Below are positions 9,919 through 18,159 of a stretch of 64,000 nucleotides of DNA, piece by piece. The stretch comes from Acidobacteriota bacterium (GTDB taxonomy: Bacteria; Acidobacteriota; UBA890; WLXD01): the NCBI GenBank assembly GCA_965197275.1, contig CBDAMQ010000024.1:46393-110392 (forward strand), written 5' to 3'. Under the pieces are notes generated by a model. It had not been told where the DNA came from and did not search any database. It saw only the letters and a list, made by a program, of their open reading frames with translations. Numbering within the stretch: the first letter of the stretch is position 1; every line of letters begins with the position of its first letter. The translations under genes were made by a program, and so were the position numbers.

Positions 9919-10196
9919 CTACTTGTGCTCCTCGCTTGTCTCTTCATAGCGCGCGCCGCTCAGCGTGTTGGAGAGGGAGTAGTTCCCTTCGTGACAGGGG
10001 TAAGCGTGGCGTTGGTCCAGTTCCCCTGGAGATCCGGGTGGCCGTGCGGCGTTCGGGGCACCTGCCATGCAGCGTCGTCGGGCGCGCCGCTCTGCGCCGT
10101 CGTGGTCGACCACAACGTCGCCGCCGACAACGAGACCGCTGCAGTAGCCATGGCACACAGCCCGAGCGGCAGCGAACTCCGGAGATTCAGGTTCAT
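9919..10196 (-). pseudogene. Remnant ORF: signal peptide plus conserved N-terminus joined (with a frame change) to a short C-terminal tail; probable internal deletion of a larger exported protein
   Basis: Frame 1 reads MNLNLRSSLPLGLCAMATAAVSLSA...RTPHGHPDLQGNWTNATLTP and stops at 9960. The overlapping frame continues CHEGNYSLSNTLSGARYEETSEEHK and stops at 9919. From memory, both pieces resemble the two ends of a roughly 400-500-aa family common in Acidobacteria and Gemmatimonadetes. Confidence 0.3.
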
Positions 10197-10506
10197 CTCT
10201 ACCTAGGGTTCCCCAGATGGTCCCGTCGAGTCACGTGCTTGGCGGGGTCAGTACCGGGAGGCCTGAATTCAAACACTGATTCGTGCGGCTCCTCAAGAGA
10301 TTCGGCGCGGCAGAACCGGAAGACGCGACACGGTCGCTGGAACCGTCGCTCCGATCGCTGTAGCGTGCTGAGGAACTAGCGTCCTGTCAGGAGATCCGAT
10401 TCGAGCGATGAGCCTGGCGCGATGCGGAGCGACGAATGCCGGTCGTCGGCGTTCAGGATCGCCGCGTGGACACAACGACCCTGACGGACCAGTCGAGAGG
10501 AACTTC

Positions 10507-11547
10507 ATGAGGATCACGCTAACGGTGGTGGGACTACTCGCATATATCGGTGCGGTCGTTGCTACTCCCGGCACCCGTCCGACTCAGGCGTCCGAAACCG
10601 TTCATCGACTCGAGGCCACGCCGCAGACCGTTGCATGGGGGTACTTCGATGCGCGGCTGGCGCCGGTATTGCGGGTCGAGTCGGGTGATGTCGTCGATGT
10701 CGATAGCCTGATCACCTCCGGCCCCGACAATCTCGAAGATCTGGGTGCCGCGCCCTCGGAGATCCAGGATTCCTTGCGCGCCATCTACGCGGAGGTCACC
10801 GACCGCGGCCCCGGCGGCCACATCGTCACCGGACCGATTTGGGTGCAGGGGGCACAACCAGGAGACGCCCTCGAGATACGGATCCTCGACGTCGATGTGG
10901 CGATCCCGTACGGCTACCACGCCTGCAGCCCGGCCTGGACCTACGTGCCGGAGAACTGCGAGGAACCCCGCAGTAGGCTCATCCGCTTCGATATGGAACG
11001 CATGGTCGCGCCGGTGCATGGGGTCGAAGTCCCACTGCGGCCGTTCTTCGGCATTCTGGGGGTGGCGCCGCCGCCGGAGCTCGGACGCGTGAGCACCAAC
11101 CCACCGGCCAACTTTGGCGGCAATATCGACAACCAGGAGCTGGTGGGCGGGACGACGCTTTTCTTGCCGGTGTTCGTCGAGGGTGCGCTGCTCACCGTCG
11201 GCGACGGTCACGCCGCCCAAGGCGATGGCGAGTTGGGGGGAACGGCACTGGAGAGCTCGCTGCGCGGCCGCCTGCAGCTGATCGTCCGCAAGGACCTTGA
11301 TCTGCGCTGGCCGCGCGCCGAGACACCGACCCACTTCATCGCCATGGGGTCAGACCCGGACCTCGCGACGGCCACGCGGATCGCCGTTCAAGAAGCGATC
11401 GACTTCCTCGTGGAGACGCGATCGCTGACTCCGGGCGAAGCGAACCGGCTCGCCAGCATGGCCGCCTATCTGCGCATGACACAGATCGTCGACGACAGCC
11501 TCGGCGTGCACGTGATGCTACCCAAGAGCATCTTCGGTGAACGCTAG
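10507..11547 (+). CDS. Acetamidase/formamidase (FmdA_AmdA) family protein, exported
   Basis: GGNIDNQELVGGTTLFLPVFVEGALLTVGDGHAAQGDGE is the family core. I placed the start at the ATG at 10507 (MRITLTVVGLLAYIGAVVA, a signal peptide) rather than the track start at 10408. Confidence 0.85.
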   Translation: MRITLTVVGLLAYIGAVVATPGTRPTQASETVHRLEATPQTVAWGYFDARLAPVLRVESGDVVDVDSLITSGPDNLEDLGAAPSEIQDSLRAIYAEVTDRGPGGHIVTGPIWVQGAQPGDALEIRILDVDVAIPYGYHACSPAWTYVPENCEEPRSRLIRFDMERMVAPVHGVEVPLRPFFGILGVAPPPELGRVSTNPPANFGGNIDNQELVGGTTLFLPVFVEGALLTVGDGHAAQGDGELGGTALESSLRGRLQLIVRKDLDLRWPRAETPTHFIAMGSDPDLATATRIAVQEAIDFLVETRSLTPGEANRLASMAAYLRMTQIVDDSLGVHVMLPKSIFGER

Positions 11548-11589
11548 CAGGCCGTGGTGGAGCCTGCCTACCGTTAGCAGGCCACTAAC

Positions 11590-13242
11590 CTAACGCTCGA
11601 AGACAACCTCGCCGCCGAGGATCGTCGCCTCTGCCTGAACCCCGAACAGGTCCTCACCGGCGAGGTTCCGGGGGTCATCGGAGAGCACCGCAAAGTCGCC
11701 CAGCTTGCCGACGGCGATCGAGCCCTTGTCGGCTTCTTCCCGACCACCGCGTGCCGCCCACAGCGTGTACAGACGCAGGGCCTCTTCGAAGGTCAGTGTC
11801 TCTCCTGCCGGTGCCCCGCCTCCCTCATCGACCGACACCATCGCCGCCGCGATCTTCGGTAGCGGGGCGGAGGAGCCCGGCACGGTGCCGGTGGTATCGG
11901 TGATGCCGATGATCTCGAGCCCCTCGTCGACCAGCGTGCGGTAGCGCGGGGTCCGACGTCCCGGCCGGCCACGGCTGGGGGTGACGACCAGACGCAGTCC
12001 CAGATCGCGCAGCCAGCGCATCTCCTCGACGGTCTCGACACTGCCACCGTGCTCGAGTCGATGACGATGGGGTCGGGGATCGCGTTGCAGAGCTTTCTCC
12101 ACGGCGGTCGCGGCTCGATGAACGGCCCCCGGCGTGATCACGTGCATCAGCACCTGGAGGTCCCGCGTGTGAGCCTGGAACACGATCTCGTCGAGCTCCT
12201 CCTGGGTCCACTTGAAATCTTCGAGTGGCTCCCCGAGACCATTGCCGCCGAGCCCGTCGACGAAGAGCTTTACACCGCCCAAGCGGAACATGTCGTCGCC
12301 GAAGCCGGAGACCAGACCGGTATCGAGAAGACCCTGCAGCGAGATCATGTGGGGCACGTGGTAGTACATGCGCACACGCAGCGGCAGCTCGCCAGCTGCT
12401 TGGAGCTCGAGGTCGGCGGTGATGTCGCTGGTGGAGTAGGGGACGGTATAGACGGACGTCGTCCCGTTGGCAACGAACATCGGACCGACGTGCTGGCGGA
12501 TGGCGGCCTTGACCTGTTCGATCGAGTACTCGGGCAGCAGGTAGTAAAGCTCGGTAGCGGTCCCGGTCGGTATACCGGCGGCGTCGCGATGAACGATCGC
12601 TCCGGGCGGCGGCGTCGAGTCCGGGTCCCAGAGCCCCATCGTGTGGATCGCCTTCGTGTTCAGCATGGACACGTGGCGTCCGGAGAACACGATCAAGGGG
12701 TGGTTCTCGGTGACGGCGTCGAGATCGTGCCGGTTCAGCAATCGGCCCTCGCTGACGCGCCGCTCGAGCGCGAACGAGCCGCGAGCGATCACCCATTCAC
12801 CATCTGGCGTCTCGGCCGTCTTGGAGCGCAAGACGTCGATGACCTCTCGGAGGCTGCCGAGAGGCGGTGTGTGGACCTTTGCCATGTAGGCTTCGGCGGT
12901 GCAGGCTACCTCCAGATGGGTGTGCGCATCGATGAATCCTGGTACGACCGTGCGCCCAGCGGCGTCGAAGATCGGTACGCCACCGGCCTGCGAGCGCACC
13001 TCGTTCGTACCTCCCACCAGGATCACGCGGCCACCTCGAATAAGGGCGGCCTCGGCGTCGGGCTCCCCGGGTTCCATCGTGACGATCTTGGCGTTGACTA
13101 CGGCCAGGTCGCGTCCACCCCTTGATCGATGGGCCTCGGATCCGGCCGCCGGCTGTTGTTCGGCGACCGCAGATCGCGTGGTTGGCCCACTTGCGATGGC
13201 GCCGACAGCTGCTCCGAGCTTGATGAAGTCACGCCTTTTCAC
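11590..13242 (-). CDS. Amidohydrolase-3 family metal-dependent hydrolase with Tat signal
   Basis: The GTG at 13242 is preceded by AAGGAGG at 5-nt spacing. The product starts VKRRDFIKLGAAVGAIASG (twin-arginine signal), followed by PGFIDAHTHLE (HxH) and a C-terminal GSIAVGKLGDFAVL motif. The track start at 13389 is an upstream extension. Confidence 0.8.
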   Translation of the reverse strand: MKRRDFIKLGAAVGAIASGPTTRSAVAEQQPAAGSEAHRSRGGRDLAVVNAKIVTMEPGEPDAEAALIRGGRVILVGGTNEVRSQAGGVPIFDAAGRTVVPGFIDAHTHLEVACTAEAYMAKVHTPPLGSLREVIDVLRSKTAETPDGEWVIARGSFALERRVSEGRLLNRHDLDAVTENHPLIVFSGRHVSMLNTKAIHTMGLWDPDSTPPPGAIVHRDAAGIPTGTATELYYLLPEYSIEQVKAAIRQHVGPMFVANGTTSVYTVPYSTSDITADLELQAAGELPLRVRMYYHVPHMISLQGLLDTGLVSGFGDDMFRLGGVKLFVDGLGGNGLGEPLEDFKWTQEELDEIVFQAHTRDLQVLMHVITPGAVHRAATAVEKALQRDPRPHRHRLEHGGSVETVEEMRWLRDLGLRLVVTPSRGRPGRRTPRYRTLVDEGLEIIGITDTTGTVPGSSAPLPKIAAAMVSVDEGGGAPAGETLTFEEALRLYTLWAARGGREEADKGSIAVGKLGDFAVLSDDPRNLAGEDLFGVQAEATILGGEVVFER

Positions 13243-13558
13243 TTTCCCTCCTTCGGTACGCGAGTCGTTGGCCTGGTACCGTCGAGTCACCCCGGATGAT
13301 TCAAGCATGGATCCGCTGCCTGCTCCACGGCGCCATCCGAGTCCACAGCCGACACGTAGTGTGAGGAAGCTCATGGGACCGTGGGGCATCCGAGGAATCG
13401 CGTGAATTGGCCCACCTCGTGGGGCTGCTGGCCGTTGACAGCGGCTACGGCGCGGTGCTAATAAACCGGCGATTAGGCTCAGGGCGGGTCAAGTTCCCAG
13501 CTGCGACGGGACGCCGTGGTGAGCAGGATGCAGGGACCAAATCATTGGATCGAGTGAC

Positions 13559-13570
13559 CCAACTAGTTGG
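13559..13570. promoter_or_regulatory. Perfect 12-bp palindrome CCAACTAGTTGG, imperfectly extendable to about 28 bp, in the long leader of the receptor gene
   Basis: Read directly, about 270 nt upstream of the 13839 start codon. CTAG is otherwise uncommon in this window. Confidence 0.2.
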
Positions 13571-13838
13571 ATTCAGTGATGCCCGGACGCGCCGCGGACC
13601 TGCAGAGTGCCTCCCGTTTCGTGCTCTTCTCGCCTTTCAGTCCAGCGATCACCGGTCGGGACATCGGACGGAATCGCCCGGTACACATGGGTCTGGCAAC
13701 AGGAGATGTTGAGTTTGCGCGAGCGCGGTTCCGACCGAGACGCTACGAATAGGGCGGTAGGCACAGTTCTTGCACAAAATCGTTCACGTAAGCATTGTCC
13801 GTTTGGATGACGGGCATCTCCCCCCAGGAGGAAGTGGA

Positions 13839-16742
13839 ATGCGCACCAAGCTAGCGGTTCTGACCGTCGCATTGCTCCTCGCACTCCCGGCGCAGGTAAT
13901 GGCGCAGGGCGCGCGTGCTACCGGAATCATCGCCGGAGAAGTTCATGACGCGGATGGTGCTGGGCTACCCGGAGTCAGCGTCACCGTGGAGGGAGACAAC
14001 CTCATCCAGGCATCTCTTACGGAGACAACCGACGTCAGCGGGGCCTTCCGGTTCCGGAATCTCAGGCCGGGAACGTACCTCGTTACGGTCTCGCTTACCG
14101 GGTTCCAGTCGGTGGCCTACAACGTCCCGGTGAACGTAGGCGCGACCTCGAACATCATCGCTGAGATGGAACTGGCGGGGGTTTCAGAGACCGTCACCGT
14201 GATCTCCGAAACTCCGTTGATCGACATCACGTCGTCAGCGCTCGATACGAACTACACGGCGGAGCTGCTGGACAACATTCCGGTGGCGCGTGAGTTCGCC
14301 GAGATCACGAACTTCGCCCCTGGTTTCGCCGACAAGGGTGCCTATGGCGCTGGCGGCAACCACTCCGAGGGCTCCAGCGTGCACCGCGTGGGCGCCGCGA
14401 CGAACGGCTACCGGCTCAACGGCGTTGACGTCAACGAGGGCGACTGGGGTAGCACCTGGGTCAACCCGAACGTAGACGCGATCGCCGAGATCCAGATTGT
14501 CGGTGTCGGCGCAAGCGCCGAGTACAGCAACTTCACGGGCGCCATGGTCAATATGGTGACCAAGGGCGGCACCAACGAGTTTCATGGCACGGGCTCCTTC
14601 TACTTCCAGAACGGCGATCTGAGAACCGAAGCCTTCCGCCACCCGGATCAGGAACGCGGAAAGTTCTCCTACGACCGCGACTATTCCGTCACCATCGGTG
14701 GCCCGATTGTGCGTAACAAGGCACTTTTCTTTGCCAGCGCCGCCCGTCAGGAAACCAAAGATTCGGTCGTCGCCGACCGTGTTTGGGAGGAGGGTGGGAT
14801 CGCCGTCGAAGACGCCCAGCAGCGCAACGACAGGTGGCGTTTGCACGGCAGGCTGGACTTCCTGCTCAGCGCCAACCACACGCTCGGTGCCATGATCAAC
14901 CATGATCCGGGCGGAGAGTTCAACAAGGACCTGCGAGTAGGCTCGCCGCTACACGTGGCCATGGACACCACCTACCGCACCACGACTTGGCTGGCCAGCT
15001 TGCAAAGCCAATTCGGCGACAACACCTTCACCGATCTCCGCTTCGCGGGATACAGCGGGGCCTTCTTGCGCCTCCCGCTCGTGTGCTGCGAGCTACCCGA
15101 TTACTGGTACAACGGGTTCAGGAGGATCACCCGAGGCTTCCTGGAAGACGAAACCAACGCCAGAACAGAGGTCACGGCAACGATCACCCAGTACGTCGAC
15201 AACTTCCTGGGCGCGTCGCATGACATCAAGGTGGGGATCGACTACAACGACAGCTGGTCCGCCTGGATCAGTAGTTATACCGGCGAAGGCGGTCTGTTTA
15301 CCTATGGCGCGTACGTGTACGGGTCGATCTACGACGTTGGCCTCGAGGCCAACATCGTTCGCAGCTCAGCGTTCATCCAGGACAACGCCAGCCCGACCGA
15401 CAACGTCACCCTCAACCTCGGGCTGCGCTATGACCGGACGAACGGTTACGACCAGAGGGAAGGTGAGCGGACCGAGTTCGGATCTCCCTGGGCTCCAGCG
15501 GGATCGGGGCTGGTCACGAAGTATTACAACTTGGCGCCACGCATTGGTGGTACCTGGGATCTGGGCGGCGACGGCCGCCTGGTCGCGCACGGCAGCTGGG
15601 GCCGCTACTTCGAGAAGGTAGCTATCGGACACATCTCGAGAGCCAGCGGCGGCGCGTTTCGCGCACCCAATTTCTCACCCTACGCGTCGTACCAGTATGT
15701 GATACCCGACGGTTTCTTCCCTGACAACTACGACCCGCTCAACCCGACCCCCGACCAACTGCTGGCGCTGCAGGCAGCGACGTTCCAACCCGAAAACCTG
15801 ACATCGCTGAACGCGCCGCAGTTCCCGATCCCGGAGGACTTGCACTCGCTGCACACCGATGTCTTCAACGTCGGTATCGAGTTTGAGTTCGTCGACAACT
15901 GGGTCGCGGGCGTGGACTATATCCACAAGGACGACAGCAACTTCTTCAACTACGACGACCAGATTGACCATGTGTTCACGCCCTTCGAGTACACCGCCCC
16001 GACAGTTACGTTGCCGGACGGAACCGAGGCCGGCGGGCTGACACAGACGCTCTACCAAAAAGAGAGCGGCTTGGTCATAAACCACTTCAGCAACGACCCC
16101 TACTACATACGAACGCACGACATCGTGACCCTTTCGCTGGACCGACGGCGAACGGGTTCCGGCCTCAACTTCAGCACCTCCCTCACGTACCAGAACAACC
16201 GGGGAACGAAGGAGAACGGCGACGGCCAGAGCGTCTGGGGTAGGGGCTTTGACCAAGCCGACAACCCGAACTTCAACGGCCACCCCTTCGCCGAATCGGG
16301 GCCGTTGCGCTTCAGCAGGGCGTGGAGCTGGAAGGTACTGAGCAACTACAGGCTGCCCGGAGGCATCCTCGCGGGTGTCTACTACAACCTGTCGTCGGGT
16401 CGGCCCTGGCAACTCAGTATCAGGCACGGATCCCGGGGGATCCCGCAATTGAGCAACGCCGACTACAACACCACGCCCATCGAGCCGGTCCGCAGCAGGC
16501 GGTGGGATGCCCATAACCAGCTCGATCTGCGGTTCTCGAAGTCCTTTAATTACGGGGAAAGTGGTCGCCTAGAGGTGATGCTCGACGGGTTCAACATGCT
16601 CAACGACTTCTCCCCGACGGGCGTCGATGGGCGAATCGACCGGACCTTCAGCGACGGCACCTCCCGCGTCGGGCAGCCCCGCAACTCCGGCCAACTGCTG
16701 CCCGGCCGGCAGTTCCGGGTGGGTCTGCGACTCGCCTTCTGA
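13839..16742 (+). CDS. TonB-dependent-receptor-like outer-membrane protein with N-terminal carboxypeptidase-regulatory-like domain
   Basis: AGGAGG lies 7 nt upstream of the ATG at 13839. There is a signal peptide (MRTKLAVLTVALLLALPAQVMAQG) and a GIIAGEVHDADGAGLPGVSVTVEG...FRFRNLRPGTYLVTVSLTGFQ CarboxypepD_reg-like segment. About 960 aa, ending in ...RVGLRLAF with a terminal aromatic residue, as expected for a beta-barrel. Confidence 0.85.
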   Translation: MRTKLAVLTVALLLALPAQVMAQGARATGIIAGEVHDADGAGLPGVSVTVEGDNLIQASLTETTDVSGAFRFRNLRPGTYLVTVSLTGFQSVAYNVPVNVGATSNIIAEMELAGVSETVTVISETPLIDITSSALDTNYTAELLDNIPVAREFAEITNFAPGFADKGAYGAGGNHSEGSSVHRVGAATNGYRLNGVDVNEGDWGSTWVNPNVDAIAEIQIVGVGASAEYSNFTGAMVNMVTKGGTNEFHGTGSFYFQNGDLRTEAFRHPDQERGKFSYDRDYSVTIGGPIVRNKALFFASAARQETKDSVVADRVWEEGGIAVEDAQQRNDRWRLHGRLDFLLSANHTLGAMINHDPGGEFNKDLRVGSPLHVAMDTTYRTTTWLASLQSQFGDNTFTDLRFAGYSGAFLRLPLVCCELPDYWYNGFRRITRGFLEDETNARTEVTATITQYVDNFLGASHDIKVGIDYNDSWSAWISSYTGEGGLFTYGAYVYGSIYDVGLEANIVRSSAFIQDNASPTDNVTLNLGLRYDRTNGYDQREGERTEFGSPWAPAGSGLVTKYYNLAPRIGGTWDLGGDGRLVAHGSWGRYFEKVAIGHISRASGGAFRAPNFSPYASYQYVIPDGFFPDNYDPLNPTPDQLLALQAATFQPENLTSLNAPQFPIPEDLHSLHTDVFNVGIEFEFVDNWVAGVDYIHKDDSNFFNYDDQIDHVFTPFEYTAPTVTLPDGTEAGGLTQTLYQKESGLVINHFSNDPYYIRTHDIVTLSLDRRRTGSGLNFSTSLTYQNNRGTKENGDGQSVWGRGFDQADNPNFNGHPFAESGPLRFSRAWSWKVLSNYRLPGGILAGVYYNLSSGRPWQLSIRHGSRGIPQLSNADYNTTPIEPVRSRRWDAHNQLDLRFSKSFNYGESGRLEVMLDGFNMLNDFSPTGVDGRIDRTFSDGTSRVGQPRNSGQLLPGRQFRVGLRLAF

Positions 16743-16763
16743 TCCACTGACACTCTAAGAAGG

Positions 16764-16805
16764 AACGAGCAGGGTGCTGACCGCACCCTGCTCGTTTCGT
16801 TTTTG
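16764..16805 (+). terminator. Rho-independent terminator downstream of the receptor gene
   Basis: 14-bp stem AACGAGCAGGGTGC / GCACCCTGCTCGTT with loop TGACC, followed by TCGTTTTTGGGG. Confidence 0.65.
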
Positions 16806-16810
16806 GGGCA

Positions 16811-16950
16811 GTGACGCAGCCTCGTCGGCACTATCTCTCGGGGGTTTGCTGACGCAGCTCCTCAGCGCTGCCCTGCGGGGCTGCTGACGCAGCTCTTCAG
16901 CGCTTGCCCGTCGGGGCTGCTGATGCAGCTCTTTAGCGCTGCCCCTCGAG
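16811..16950. repeat. Tandem 34-36-bp repeats (three good units plus one degenerate) duplicating the 3-prime end of the TPR gene 16933..18159
   Basis: The units are TTGCTGACGCAGCTCCTCAGCGCTGCCCTGCGGGG, CTGCTGACGCAGCTCTTCAGCGCTTGCCCGTCGGGG and CTGCTGATGCAGCTCTTTAGCGCTGCCCCTCGAG, followed by the in-gene copy CTGCTGACGCAGCTCTTCGATGCGCTC. On the coding strand each unit reads like EELRQQ-LEGQR-stop. Confidence 0.75.
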
Positions 16951-18159
16951 CTGCTGACGCAGCTCTTCGATGCGCTCTGCATCTTCGACGCGGCCGAGTG
17001 CGCGGTAGGCGGCGGCGAGCACGTCGTAGATCTCCGCACGCTGCGGCTGCAGCTCGCGCGCTCTCTCCAGTGCCGTGATCGCACCCTCGTGCTGCCCGAG
17101 CGCCGCCCTGGACAGGCCAATGTTGTAGTGGATCAGAGCGTCATCGGGCGCTAGTTCGAGCGCGGCCTCGAAGATCTCCAGCGCTTCCGCCGGGCGTTCT
17201 CGGCGGAAGTAGTAGAGCCCCTGCGCGTTCCGCAGGCCGATCTGCGTGGCTTGATTCTGTTCGAGCTGACGCTGTTCCTCGGTGCTGGTCATCTCCTGGA
17301 AGCGCTGCATCGCCCGTTCGGCCTCTTCGCGCTGACCGCTGGCGCGAAGGGCGAGCGCCAGGTTGTAATGAGCCAGCTTGAGCTCGGGGTCGAGCTTGAT
17401 TGCCTCGCGCGCGTGCGTTATCGCGCCCTCCAGGTCGCTGGCCTTGTAGCGAATGGAACCGAGCAGGTCGTGCGCCTGTGCCGCGCAGCAGGCCTCCATG
17501 CTGAGAACGCGTTGCAGCAACTCCTCGGCGGCCGAGATCTCGCCACGATGGATGTAAAGCTCGGCAAGGCGCACGTGCGCCAGCGCTCGGCGCGGGCGTA
17601 CCCGGATCAATGCTTGGAGCTGCTCCACCGCGATGTCGAGATCGCCCTCATCCCGCACCAGCAAGGCGAGATCGAATCGCGCTTCCACGGAGCCCGCCAT
17701 CGTCGCCGCCTCCAGGGCGGCTCGCGCCGCCGACCCCATGCCCATTCGGAGCAGCGTTCGGCCCCTCATCAGTTCGAGGTTTGGGTGCGGGGCTGCCCCG
17801 GCCTGGCACTCGTCGACGAGGGTGAGGATCTCCTCGTCGAGGAAGAGTCGACGGTACGAGCGGCCGAGCCCCAGGCAGGCTTCGACACTCTCCGGCCGCA
17901 GCTCGTGGGCACGTTGGTAGGCTGTCGTCGCCCTGAGAGCCGACTCGAAGTCGCGGGCCTGCAGCGCCGCCGCACCCGCCTGGATCGCCTGGTCGTATTC
18001 TGGCGTCTGAGCTGTCCCTGTTTCCCGCGCGGCGGTGGTGCCCGGGCCCATACCACCCGGCGAGGTCGGTTTCTCCGCGATCGAACCGCGAAGGTTCGGA
18101 GCGGTCAGAAAACAGGACACGACGACATGCAAGCCGACCCACCCTACCGTCGCTCGCAT
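16933..18159 (-). CDS. TPR protein with signal peptide, paralogue of 5681..6958
   Basis: 408 aa of TPR-like repeats. Its ATG overlaps the stop of the upstream sulfatase-like-TPR gene by 1 nt (TGATG). Confidence 0.85.
   Translation of the reverse strand: MRATVGWVGLHVVVSCFLTAPNLRGSIAEKPTSPGGMGPGTTAARETGTAQTPEYDQAIQAGAAALQARDFESALRATTAYQRAHELRPESVEACLGLGRSYRRLFLDEEILTLVDECQAGAAPHPNLELMRGRTLLRMGMGSAARAALEAATMAGSVEARFDLALLVRDEGDLDIAVEQLQALIRVRPRRALAHVRLAELYIHRGEISAAEELLQRVLSMEACCAAQAHDLLGSIRYKASDLEGAITHAREAIKLDPELKLAHYNLALALRASGQREEAERAMQRFQEMTSTEEQRQLEQNQATQIGLRNAQGLYYFRRERPAEALEIFEAALELAPDDALIHYNIGLSRAALGQHEGAITALERARELQPQRAEIYDVLAAAYRALGRVEDAERIEELRQQLEGQR

Noticed and set aside
11548-11589. 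Terminator or repeat between the convergent formamidase and amidohydrolase genes (GCTAGCAGGCC ... GTTAGCAGGCCACTAAC)
   Set aside because: There is a 6-bp stem (GCAGGC/GCCTGC) without a U-tract. The AGCAGGCCACTAA resemblance to the MITE tip ACAGGCCACTAG is short. Not enough for a call.
16811-16950. CRISPR-like short repeat array
   Set aside because: The units are directly adjacent with no spacers, and they are copies of the neighbouring gene end. No cas genes are present.
16755-17120. 121-aa reverse-strand ORF containing AKELHQQPRRAS-AEELRQQPRRAA repeats
   Set aside because: It is an alternative frame across the tandem 3-prime-end duplications and the end of the TPR gene. It has no independent start context.
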